DNA from: Pseudomonadota bacterium
GTDB lineage: Bacteria > Pseudomonadota > Gammaproteobacteria > Burkholderiales > Burkholderiaceae_B
Reading direction: 5' to 3'
DNA length: 50,119 nucleotides
Assembly (NCBI GenBank): GCA_023427945.1
Contig: JAEYZR010000188.1
Coordinates: 1 to 50,119, forward strand
A program made the translations under genes and the position numbers. The first letter of the stretch is position 1. Each line of letters opens with the position of its first letter. The notes under the pieces are model-generated. The model did not search any database and was not told the DNA's origin. It was given only the letters and a program-made list of their open reading frames with translations. Below, one piece after another: positions 37,359-46,230 of the stretch.

Positions 37359-38720
37359 ATGCCTGCACTGATCGAAGATATCGCGGCCCACGTCACGGCG
37401 ATCCACTACGCGGACATGCCCGCACAGGACGTGACCGCCATCAAGCGGCTGCTGCTGGACACGCTGGGCTGTGCGCTGGGTGCCGTGCAATGCGAACCAG
37501 CGCGGCAGTTGCAGCCCTTGCTGCGCCCGCCAGCCGGGCCGCACGACACGGCCACCCTGATCGGCAGCACCGACGCTGCCAGCCTGGCAAGCGCCATCCT
37601 GCACAACGGCACCCTGGTGCGGTATCTGGACTTCATGGACGTGTACTGGGCACGCGACATCTGCCATCCCAGCGAAAACATTCCCGTGGCGGTGGCCGCC
37701 GCCGAAGCCGGGCAGTGCAGTGGCCGGCAACTGATCGAAGCCATCGCCGCCGCCTACGAAGTACAGGTGCGTCTGGCCGATGCCTTCTCGTTGCAGGACA
37801 TGCACATGCACCACGTCAGCGCCGCGGGTTTCGTTGCGCCGCTGATTCTCGGCAAGCTTTCAGGTCTCACGCCGGATCAACTGGCCCACGCCTGCGCACT
37901 GGGGGGATTCCGTCATCTCACGCTGGCTGCGCTGGTGGAAGGCAAGCTCAGCATGGCCAAGAGCGTGGGCTATGCCCTGCCAGCGTCGGAATGCGTCTTG
38001 TCCACACGCCTTGCCGCACAAGGCTTCACCGGACCGCTGCAGGCGCTGGAAGGCTTATGGCGCAGCAGTGGCGCATCCCATGCTGGCGATATGCGCGCAG
38101 CGCTGGACCTCTCCCCGGGCACTGCCAGCGCACGCCGCGTCAGCCTGAAGCGTTACCCCGTGCAGTTCGGGTTGCAAGCCCCCATCGAGGCGGCATTGAC
38201 GCTGCGTGAAGCGTTTGCGGCCGCACTGCCGGACATCGTATCCATGCGCGTGGAAGCGCCAACAAAAGTATGCCGCTCCACGGCGGATCCGGCCAAGTTC
38301 ACGCCCGACAACCGTGAAACGGCCGACCACAGCCTGCCCTGCTGCGTCGCGCTGGCATGGCTGGATGGCCGCGTGGATACGCACCAGTTCGAGCAGGCAC
38401 GCTGGCGCGACAACGACCTGCTGGCACTGATGCAGCGCATCGATGTCCAGCCGGCGGCCGACCTGGAGCAACGCTGGCCCAATGGTCGCCCGGCACGCGT
38501 CACGGTGCAGATGAAAGATGGCACGATGCGCTCGATCGAGGTCGGCGTGCCGCTGGGCGATGCATCGCGACCAATGAGCGATGACGATATCGCGGCAAAA
38601 TTCACGGCGCAGGCAGAACCCGTTTTGGGCGCTGCGCGCACACGCGAAGTCATGCAGTGCGTGGCAGCGCTGGAAGAATTGGAGGATGTGGGTCAGTTGT
38701 GCCGCCTGTTGCGCTGCTGA
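37359..38720 (+). CDS. MmgE/PrpD family protein
   Basis: LLDTLGCALGA, NGTLVRYLDFMD, HPSEN and ETADHSLP motifs. Confidence 0.92.
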   Translation: MPALIEDIAAHVTAIHYADMPAQDVTAIKRLLLDTLGCALGAVQCEPARQLQPLLRPPAGPHDTATLIGSTDAASLASAILHNGTLVRYLDFMDVYWARDICHPSENIPVAVAAAEAGQCSGRQLIEAIAAAYEVQVRLADAFSLQDMHMHHVSAAGFVAPLILGKLSGLTPDQLAHACALGGFRHLTLAALVEGKLSMAKSVGYALPASECVLSTRLAAQGFTGPLQALEGLWRSSGASHAGDMRAALDLSPGTASARRVSLKRYPVQFGLQAPIEAALTLREAFAAALPDIVSMRVEAPTKVCRSTADPAKFTPDNRETADHSLPCCVALAWLDGRVDTHQFEQARWRDNDLLALMQRIDVQPAADLEQRWPNGRPARVTVQMKDGTMRSIEVGVPLGDASRPMSDDDIAAKFTAQAEPVLGAARTREVMQCVAALEELEDVGQLCRLLRC

Positions 38721-38885
38721 ACGAAAGACCCGGCCTTCCTGGCCCGATGCTTGCTGTATGACGCCTGTCTCTTGCACCGCGCCTGCCGCCCATCGTGTGT
38801 ACATTGATACGCGACGGCGACAGAACCGAGGGTGCCAGGAGGCACCGCATTTTTATCGACAGCATGGTCTACAGGAGGACGGGAT

Positions 38886-39290
38886 ATGTTCCATGGCAAG
38901 ACGTTAGGCATGATGGCCACCACGTGCGCGATGAGTCTGCTCGCTTGGACTGCGAGTGCACAGACCGCAGGCGCATTCATGACCAATCCCGCGTTTGCCG
39001 ACCCGCCGCCCAAGGAATGCACCAGCACGGTAGACATGCAACATTGCGCCGCCCACGACTTGCGCAAGGCCGATGCGCAGATGAGCAAGAACTACAAGAC
39101 CAAACGTGCAAGCCTGGACCAGGCGTCCAGGCAGCAACTGCTGCAGGAGCAGCGCAAGTGGCTGAAGGACCGCGACAGCAACTGCATGGCCAAGGCCGAC
39201 CAGTACGGCGGCGGCACCATGGCCGGCATTGCCGTGGCGCAATGCTGGGTGGAGGTGACCAGACTGCGGGCCGACGCCCTGGCGAAGTGA
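38886..39290 (+). CDS. Secreted lysozyme-inhibitor LprI (DUF1311) family protein
   Basis: Signal peptide; C...DMQHC...AD..M..NY...L...QRKWLKDRD..C...C.....R pattern. Confidence 0.82.
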   Translation: MFHGKTLGMMATTCAMSLLAWTASAQTAGAFMTNPAFADPPPKECTSTVDMQHCAAHDLRKADAQMSKNYKTKRASLDQASRQQLLQEQRKWLKDRDSNCMAKADQYGGGTMAGIAVAQCWVEVTRLRADALAK

Positions 39291-39301
39291 GGCCGCGCCG
39301 A

Positions 39302-39549
39302 TCAGATGGCCGAAGGGTGCGTGGCCAGCGGCGTCACGGTGATTTCCATGCACGGAAACAATGGCAGCTCGCTTAGCAGCGTGTGCAGTTCGTCGTTGCT
39401 TTCGAGATCGAACATGCTGACGTTGGCGTACTCCCCACCACGCGCCAGATGTGCTTCCATTCGCCGGACTTCTGAAGCGCCTGGGAGTCTTTTTTCTCCG
39501 CTGCCTCGACTCTGGCGGCCTGCTCCGAATTGACGGAGGGCGGAACTAT
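39302..39549 (-). pseudogene. catC: Muconolactone delta-isomerase pseudogene (5' truncated, 1-nt frameshift)
   Basis: One frame gives ...AEKKDSQALQKSGEWKHIWRVVG; after a missing G at about 39433-39436 another frame gives EYANVSMFDLESNDELHTLLSELPLFPCMEITVTPLATHPSAI*. No in-frame start or N-terminal segment. Confidence 0.85.
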
Positions 39550-40355
39550 CGCCCCGGGACGGCCAACAGAAATTGCTGCAACGTGTCATTGAAGGCATCG
39601 GGCGCTTCGACGTTCGATAAGTGCGAGGCCTGCAAGACAGCCATCTTCGAATTCGCCATGGCCTTGTGCATGTATTCACTGTCGGCAACAGTGGTGACCG
39701 GGTCCATGGCGCCGGTGAGCAACAGCATGGGCACGGTGATGCCGGACAGGCCCGGGCGCAGATCCGAATGCGCCAGCGCTTCGCAGCACGCCGCGTACCC
39801 CTGGGCATCCAGCGCACTCAAAGTGTCGGTCAGCGATGCCACCGTGGCGGGATGTTCCCGCACGAATCCATCGGTGAACCATCTTCCCGGCGCGGTGCTG
39901 GCCAGCGTGGCCATCGCCTGCTTGCCACCGGCACGCACGGTGCCGGCCCTGTCCATCCACCCTTGCGCGGTGCCGATCCTTGCGGCGCTATTGCAGACTG
40001 CAATCGCAACAAAACGCTCGGGTGCATGAATCGCCAGCCACAGCCCGGTATGCCCACCCATCGAAATGCCGCAGAACCGGGCCGACGCAATACCCAGTGC
40101 ATCCATGATGGCCAGCACATCCGAACCCAGCACATCGAAGCTGCAGGGGCCCTGCGGCCACACACTGGCGCCGTGTCCGCGTGTGTCGTAGCGAACGACG
40201 CGATAGTCTCGTGCAAGCGATGCCTGCGCCTCCCACATCTCCAGCGTCGTCCCCAGCGAGTTGCTGAAGATCAGCACCGGCGCATCGTCGGGCCCGTCCA
40301 GGGCCACACGAAACGGGCCACTGCGTGTGGCAATGAGAGAAATGCTGTCTGTCAT
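39546..40355 (-). CDS. 3-oxoadipate enol-lactonase (CatD/PcaD-like)
   Basis: FSNSLGTT, YDTRGHGAS, GISMGG, GYAACC and SHLSNVEAP motifs; RBS GGAG; adjacent to the catC remnant. Confidence 0.85.
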   Translation of the reverse strand: MTDSISLIATRSGPFRVALDGPDDAPVLIFSNSLGTTLEMWEAQASLARDYRVVRYDTRGHGASVWPQGPCSFDVLGSDVLAIMDALGIASARFCGISMGGHTGLWLAIHAPERFVAIAVCNSAARIGTAQGWMDRAGTVRAGGKQAMATLASTAPGRWFTDGFVREHPATVASLTDTLSALDAQGYAACCEALAHSDLRPGLSGITVPMLLLTGAMDPVTTVADSEYMHKAMANSKMAVLQASHLSNVEAPDAFNDTLQQFLLAVPGR

Positions 40356-40609
40356 ATCGGACTCCATTGATTCGGCGCAGTTGACGCCATCCGGGCAAGC
40401 AAGGCAACGTCGGGTTGCAAGAGACAGGGTGAACGAGACGAGCTGATGCACAAGCATGCCAGATCTGGCAGGCGCATGGTGCGAAGCCTGTCGATTGGGT
40501 GGCCGGATGTTTCATCCGGATTCTTCAGATGCGATCAACTATCTTGCACTGCGTGCTCGATCTCTCACGCACGCTTTTGGCCCTCACCTCCTATCGCTCA
40601 GAGACGGCA

Positions 40610-40915
40610 ATGAACGAAGCGACATTCGAACGTTCGCAAGGCATTGTTCCAGATGCCGCACTTGCAGCGGATCGCGACGAAAGAATCGATAGATTGCTTG
40701 GCTACGCCAACCTTGCCCAATCGATGGCGCACGATTGCTCGGTCCTGATGCGCATTCTGCAAAATGCCATCGATCATGGCAGCGCTATCGACCAGGAACT
40801 CATCTCTGGATACGGGCAAGGCGCCATCCAGCGGTTCATCGCCAATGCCATGACATTGGTCGCCAACGAAGGCGAACGCGTTCTGTCCGATTTCGCGCCT
40901 GCAGATCGCGATTGA
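40610..40915 (+). CDS. Hypothetical protein (101 aa, helical-looking)
   Basis: ATG after GAGA; protein-like composition; no family recognised. Confidence 0.55.
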   Translation: MNEATFERSQGIVPDAALAADRDERIDRLLGYANLAQSMAHDCSVLMRILQNAIDHGSAIDQELISGYGQGAIQRFIANAMTLVANEGERVLSDFAPADRD

Positions 40916-41371
40916 TCACATGCGTCATCCCTGTATGTCATCCACGCACACGCCGTCATCGGGATGCGATCTTTGAAGAAGGGCTCGACGACGTACGACG
41001 CAACCCTCGCGCCAACATTCCTTCATCACTAACCAACAATCTCCGACAGCTCATATCCGTCAACACCATCAGCAACTAGTTCTGACAGTGCAATTGTTTT
41101 CCTTGGCACGTTGACGTCCCACGTTGATGCCTGCCATTGCATACTGAAAGAATGAATCGTCACCACACGATTCAGCGCTTTCGGCATGCGTACTCCACAT
41201 GCCGGCCTTCAATCCTCACGGAGAAAGACCATGTCCACACCGACGCAACTGGTCCGCAACTGCGGCTCGCCCTGACGTCATCCGCATCACTTCTTCTCGT
41301 TGCAGTGCGCACGCCCTGCATCTGTCCAACACCCCGTCTGGCAACGCCCGATCAACTTTCAGGAAGTAAGA

Positions 41372-42037
41372 ATGAGCGTCAACTTCAACATCACGGATTC
41401 CCAGGTCATTCACCTCGAAGACCGATCCACGCAACTGCATGAACAGATCGTCGCCGTGCTGCAAGCGCCGCGCGTAGACGCATCGCCCAACCACGAACTC
41501 GCCTATCGAATGTGCCTCGTGGTGATTGAACAGGCTGCCGGCTTGCGCCTGCTGGCAGCAACCGGCCTGGTGACGGCCGCCGCCAGTCTGATGCGTGTGC
41601 AGTTCGAGACCTTGCTTCGCGCCGTCTGGATGATGTCTGCCGCCGGCCTGGATGCGCCGGACCAGCTTGCCGCGCTGCTCAGGCCCGGCGGAGAATCCGA
41701 AGCGTCAGGCCTGCCTGGCGTGGACGAGATCCTCCAAGAGATTCGCGCGAAAGGGGACACACACGCACCCCCAGCCATCATCAAGACACTGGATGAAATC
41801 AGGGTGGTCTCATGGCATACGGTCAATTCGTTCGTGCATGGCGGCATCAGTGAACGTCTCATCTACGCCCAGCTGGAGCATGAGGAGTTGGCTCCGACCT
41901 TGATACGCCATGCAAATCTGGCACTTGGCGCCGCAGCCAAGACCATGGCGTTGCTCAGGAAAAACGACGAAGGCGTACGAAAGATCGACGAGCTTTCGAC
42001 CATGTTTTCCGACTGCCTGCCCCCCACCCCACATTAG
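41372..42037 (+). CDS. Hypothetical protein, probable DUF6988-like family
   Basis: LMRVQFETLLRAVW and W..NSFVHGG motifs, recalled from that family. Confidence 0.65.
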   Translation: MSVNFNITDSQVIHLEDRSTQLHEQIVAVLQAPRVDASPNHELAYRMCLVVIEQAAGLRLLAATGLVTAAASLMRVQFETLLRAVWMMSAAGLDAPDQLAALLRPGGESEASGLPGVDEILQEIRAKGDTHAPPAIIKTLDEIRVVSWHTVNSFVHGGISERLIYAQLEHEELAPTLIRHANLALGAAAKTMALLRKNDEGVRKIDELSTMFSDCLPPTPH

Positions 42038-42215
42038 TCCCCATCCACCGCCTGACCGTCGAGCGCTCCGGTTCGATGCAAGCGGCGCCACGCCAGGCAC
42101 CAGCGGGGGGCAATCGCTCACAAGCCGTTGCAAACCTGTGGGCAACCCCAGCAGACACCGCATTTGGCTTTGAGTTAGCCTAGGGAAAAGAGCGACCAAA
42201 AAACCAGGAGACAAG

Positions 42216-43205
42216 ATGCCCATACGCCTTACTCGCCGTAGCTGCCTGAGCCTGGCGCTAGCCACCGCTGTCACTGCCAGCGTGCCCGCCATGGCCAGTG
42301 CCCAGGGTGCGTTCCCGACACGCCCCATCACCCTGATCGTGCCTTTCCCGGCAGGTGGCTCCACCGACCGCCACCTGCGCGTGATTGCGCAGGTCGCCAG
42401 CAAGGAACTCGGCCAGCAGGTGGTAGTGGAAAACCGCGCGGGTGCGGGCGGCACGCTGGGCCCGGGCGCGATGGCCAAGACAGCAGCGCCCGATGGCTAC
42501 ACGGTGACGCTCTACCCGCTGGGCATGCTGCGCATGCCCTACATGCAGAAAACGAACTGGCATCCCATCGATGACTTCACGTTCATCGTGGGTCTGTCGG
42601 GCTACACGTTCGGGTTCACCGTCAGATCCGACTCGCCCTACAAGACCTTCAACGAATACATCGAAGCCGCACGCGCCAAACCCAACACGCTGGACTACGG
42701 CTCCACCGGCGTGGGTTCATCGCCTCACCTGCTGATCGAGCAGCTCGCCATCAACGCCAAGGTCAAGCTGGTGCACGTACCGTTCCGGGGCAATGCCGAT
42801 CTGCAACAAGCCTTGCTGGGCGGCCACGTCATGGCACAAAGCGACGCGGCCGGCTGGGATCAGTTCGTGGATTCCGGCGCCATGCGTCTGCTGGTGACCT
42901 TCTCCGACAAGCGCGCCAAACGCTGGCCCGATGTGCCCACCGCCCAGGAGCTGGGCTACGACGTGGTCTCGGTCTCGCCATATGGTCTGGCGGGTCCCAA
43001 GGGCATGGACCCTGCCGTGGTCAAGCGTCTGCACGATGCCTTCAAGACGGCACTGTTCGATCCCAAGAGCATGGAGGTCATGGAGCAGTTGAACCAGGAA
43101 CCGGCCTATCGCGATAGCGCCCAATACAAAGCCTGGGCCGAGGAGACTTTCGCCAAGGACAAAGTGGTGATCGAACAATTGGGACTGCTGACCAACACGC
43201 CCTGA
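42216..43205 (+). CDS. Bug/TctC substrate-binding protein
   Basis: FPTRPITLIVPFPAGGSTD; RBS AGGAGA. Confidence 0.94.
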   Translation: MPIRLTRRSCLSLALATAVTASVPAMASAQGAFPTRPITLIVPFPAGGSTDRHLRVIAQVASKELGQQVVVENRAGAGGTLGPGAMAKTAAPDGYTVTLYPLGMLRMPYMQKTNWHPIDDFTFIVGLSGYTFGFTVRSDSPYKTFNEYIEAARAKPNTLDYGSTGVGSSPHLLIEQLAINAKVKLVHVPFRGNADLQQALLGGHVMAQSDAAGWDQFVDSGAMRLLVTFSDKRAKRWPDVPTAQELGYDVVSVSPYGLAGPKGMDPAVVKRLHDAFKTALFDPKSMEVMEQLNQEPAYRDSAQYKAWAEETFAKDKVVIEQLGLLTNTP

Positions 43206-43305
43206 TCCGTGGCGCCCGGCCTTCCCTGGTCGGGCTGGCGTCGCCGGATGACGACCCTTTTATACTGGGCGCACGAGCGCAGCGTTGCAACGGACGACAC
43301 CTCTT

Positions 43306-43965
43306 ATGACAGACAAGAAGACGACCGACTTCGGCACCGCGGGCCGAAGCGAAGGCTGGGATCTGCCGGATTCGCTTTCACGCGAACAGCAGGCCCAGGT
43401 CGACAAACTGATGGCCAGCATCAAGCATGGCCGAAGCGGACTGGATCATCACTGGGGCCGCGATGCGGGCGTGCGCACAGAGCCCGCCAACACCCAGACG
43501 GGCAACGATTCGTTCACGTTCTCGACCGACGAGCGCGGGGTCACGGTCAACGGCAAGCACTACAGGAGCCTGGACGAGGTGCCGCTGGCCGAGCGTGGCC
43601 GCATCGAAGTCCTGCAACGCCAGTTCGCCCCGGACAGCGAACTGATGAAACAGATGCAGGCTGGCGGCGGCGCGGTATCGACGCGCGCCAGCACGAGCAC
43701 GCGCACGTGGCGCACGAAACATCGTTCTGGCACAAAGACCACCCACGAAACATCGACATTCGGCTCGCCGGAGACTTTCGACGCAAACACCTCGCACGAA
43801 TCCGGCGGCGAGCCGTTCGGGTTCACGACCCAGGTGCCCGGCACCCATGCCAGCCCCGGCGAGGTGCCTCGCAAAAGCGGGCTGGTTGCCATACTGCAGG
43901 TGATCGTCGTGCTGGCCCTCGTGACGGCGCTGGTGCTGGCGGCCCAGTCGGCAGGGCTATTCTGA
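43306..43965 (+). CDS. Hypothetical protein with C-terminal transmembrane helix
   Basis: VTVNGKHYRSLDEVP segment, T/S-rich linker, terminal hydrophobic stretch LVAILQVIVVLALVTALVLAA. Confidence 0.7.
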   Translation: MTDKKTTDFGTAGRSEGWDLPDSLSREQQAQVDKLMASIKHGRSGLDHHWGRDAGVRTEPANTQTGNDSFTFSTDERGVTVNGKHYRSLDEVPLAERGRIEVLQRQFAPDSELMKQMQAGGGAVSTRASTSTRTWRTKHRSGTKTTHETSTFGSPETFDANTSHESGGEPFGFTTQVPGTHASPGEVPRKSGLVAILQVIVVLALVTALVLAAQSAGLF

Positions 43966-44009
43966 CCCGGCCCCCAGCGGCCAGCGTCACCCCCACCCGG
44001 CCCTGGTCG

Positions 44010-45044
44010 CTATCGCAGTTCCTGAACCGGCACCTTGGCGTCCTGGATCACCTTGGCCCATTTTTCGCGTTCTTTGCCGATGAAGGTACGGAACTCGGCG
44101 GGCGTGGTCAGTTGCGGCACCATGCCCTGCTGCTCCAGCCATTTGACGGTTTCGGGCTGCTTCAGATAGTGCGTCATGGTTGCACTGAGTTTGCTGATGA
44201 CCGGCTTGGGCGTGCCGGCAGGCGCGATCAGGCCGTACCACCCGGCCGCCTGATAGTCGGGATAGCCGGACTCGGCCACCGTGGGCACGTCGGGCAGTGA
44301 TCCGATGCGCCTGTCCGTACCTACGGCCAGCGCTTTCAACTGGCCGGACTGTGCGAAAGGGATGACGGACAGCGCGTTGTCGCTGTGCACCGAGATCTGC
44401 CCGGAGATCAGATCGGTAAGGGCTGCCGCACTGCCTTTGTAGGGCACATGCAGCATGTCCATGCCGGCTTGCGATCGCAGCAACTCCATCGATAACTGCT
44501 GGGTGGAACCCACGCCGGTGGAGCCGAACGTCAGCTTGCCCGGCTCGCGCCTGACGCGTTCGACCAGCTCTCCCACTGTGTTGACGCCCAGTTTGGGGCT
44601 GACGGCAATGACCAGCGGCGATACTGCCGCCACGCCTATGGGTTCGAAATCCTTGTCCACATCGTAGGGAAGCGACTTGTACAGCGACGGATTGATCGAC
44701 ATGGCCCCGGAAAAAGTGAAGCCCAGGGTGTAGCCGTCGGCTGGCGCCTTGGCAATGGCCACCATGCCCACGATGCCGGCGGCGCCCACCCTGTTCTCCA
44801 CGATGACTGGCTGGCCAAAGGCGTTGCTCAAACCGTGGGCCAGCGCCCGAGCCAGTGTGTCGGCTGCGCCGCCCGGTGCACCGGGCACGATCATGCGAAC
44901 AGGCTTGTCCGGGTAGGTAGAGGCAGCCACCGCAGCGCCTGCTTTGGCTGCGGCATCAGCCGCTACCGCCGACGCCGCATGAGCCGGCATCGAGCCGGCC
45001 AGAGAGAGTGCACAAAAGGTTGCTGCCAACGTCGCTTGTCTCAT
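44010..45044 (-). CDS. Bug/TctC substrate-binding protein
   Basis: YPDKPVRMIVPGAPGGAAD; RBS AAGGAGA. Confidence 0.94.
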   Translation of the reverse strand: MRQATLAATFCALSLAGSMPAHAASAVAADAAAKAGAAVAASTYPDKPVRMIVPGAPGGAADTLARALAHGLSNAFGQPVIVENRVGAAGIVGMVAIAKAPADGYTLGFTFSGAMSINPSLYKSLPYDVDKDFEPIGVAAVSPLVIAVSPKLGVNTVGELVERVRREPGKLTFGSTGVGSTQQLSMELLRSQAGMDMLHVPYKGSAAALTDLISGQISVHSDNALSVIPFAQSGQLKALAVGTDRRIGSLPDVPTVAESGYPDYQAAGWYGLIAPAGTPKPVISKLSATMTHYLKQPETVKWLEQQGMVPQLTTPAEFRTFIGKEREKWAKVIQDAKVPVQELR

Positions 45045-45235
45045 GTCTTGTCTCCTTTTTTATAATGGGAGGCCAAGGCACGAAGTGCTTGTCATGTGCA
45101 ATCACGCCTGCTGTGCGGTCGGCCTGCTTTCATCGTGCAGCCTGAGCCATAGCGTGTCAAGGCAACGCACGTGCAGGTAGTCTTGAGTCCTGTTGCGGGC
45201 CTGGTCGAGTCGGCGCGCTGGAAGCGCCGACCTGA

Positions 45236-45901
45236 TCAGGCCGCTTTGCTTTTTGGAAAAATGGCGATGAAGTCCAGCAATTTCTCGCCCAGCAAATTCA
45301 CATGGCCGCGCATGGCAACCGCGGCCCCTTCCTCATCTCCGGTCATGATGCATCGCAAGACCTCTGCGTGCTCGGTGAGCGTGTCGGCCCGCTGGCTCGC
45401 ACGGTGGGTGACCATTTTCCTGTAACTGCCGATGCGATTGCGCAAGGCACGCGTCTGTTCGGCCAGGAATTCGTTTTGCGACGCCTCATAGATCAGTTCG
45501 TGAAAATGGCGGTTGACCTCGTAGAACGCATCGACCTGATCCGTTCTCGACAGTTCGACCAACTCGTCCTGCAAGGCGCTGAGCTGCGTCAATTGCGCAG
45601 CGCTGATGCGACGGGCCGCCATGCGGGCGCACAGGGATTCGAGTTCCGCCATCACCTGGAACATCTCGATCAGCTTGTGTGCCGATAACGCCATCACCAG
45701 TGCCGGTTGGCGCGACCTGATCTGAATCAGGCCCGCCGAGGCGAGGTGGCGCAGGGCCTCCCGCACGGGCGTGCGCGACACGTTGAAACGCGCAGCAAGC
45801 TCGACTTCATCCAGCCGTGCGCCCGGCTCCAACTGACCGGCAAAGATCTCCGATTCCAGTACTTGTTGGATCTGCTCGGAACGGCTGACAGGGGATTTCA
45901 C
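45236..45901 (-). CDS. GntR family transcriptional regulator (FCD domain)
   Basis: PGARLDEVELAARFNVSRTPVREAL. Start estimated at GTG 45901. Confidence 0.9.
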   Translation of the reverse strand: MKSPVSRSEQIQQVLESEIFAGQLEPGARLDEVELAARFNVSRTPVREALRHLASAGLIQIRSRQPALVMALSAHKLIEMFQVMAELESLCARMAARRISAAQLTQLSALQDELVELSRTDQVDAFYEVNRHFHELIYEASQNEFLAEQTRALRNRIGSYRKMVTHRASQRADTLTEHAEVLRCIMTGDEEGAAVAMRGHVNLLGEKLLDFIAIFPKSKAA

Positions 45902-45983
45902 GGCGTGAGCACACTCATAAAAAGGACGACAACAGAGGTCAGGTAATTTCCTGGCCCTGATTTTAACCCCTTTCAATGACTTC

Positions 45984-46014
45984 TTGCATACAACACATTG
46001 ATTTTTGTATGCAC
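45984..46014. promoter_or_regulatory. Paired GntR-type operator boxes TTGCATACAA / TTGTATGCAC
   Basis: Inverted pair in the divergent gntR/SDR intergenic region; a third exact TTGCATACAA is at 46201-46210. Confidence 0.65.
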
Positions 46015-46200
46015 AACAAACGAACATGAGTGCATCGCCTTTTGCACCATGAATGTGCATTTTTCGGCATTCTTGGCCGACATAGCCAGCAAAAAGTTGG
46101 CATAACCTTTGCTTAAGTCATTCCACACGGCAAGTAGCCGTCCTCAGATCTGATTTTTCTTTCGCCTTCCAGGGCTTTTGAAAATACTGAAAGCGATCTC

Positions 46201-46210
46201 TTGCATACAA
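46201..46210. promoter_or_regulatory. GntR-type operator box TTGCATACAA
   Basis: Exact copy of 45984-45993, 20 nt before the SDR start. Confidence 0.6.
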
Positions 46211-46230
46211 CGAATATCGAGGAATGACTG

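Noticed and set aside
33902..37814. Long minus-strand ORFs (475 aa, 526 aa) and alternative-frame plus ORFs
   Set aside because: Overlap well-supported Bug, pcaD and prpD-like genes; no recognisable motifs.
39302..39817. 171-aa ORF as a real gene or a lactonase-CatC fusion
   Set aside because: Only its last ~45 codons are CatC-like; the rest is an off-frame reading of the lactonase gene and of the catC 5' part.
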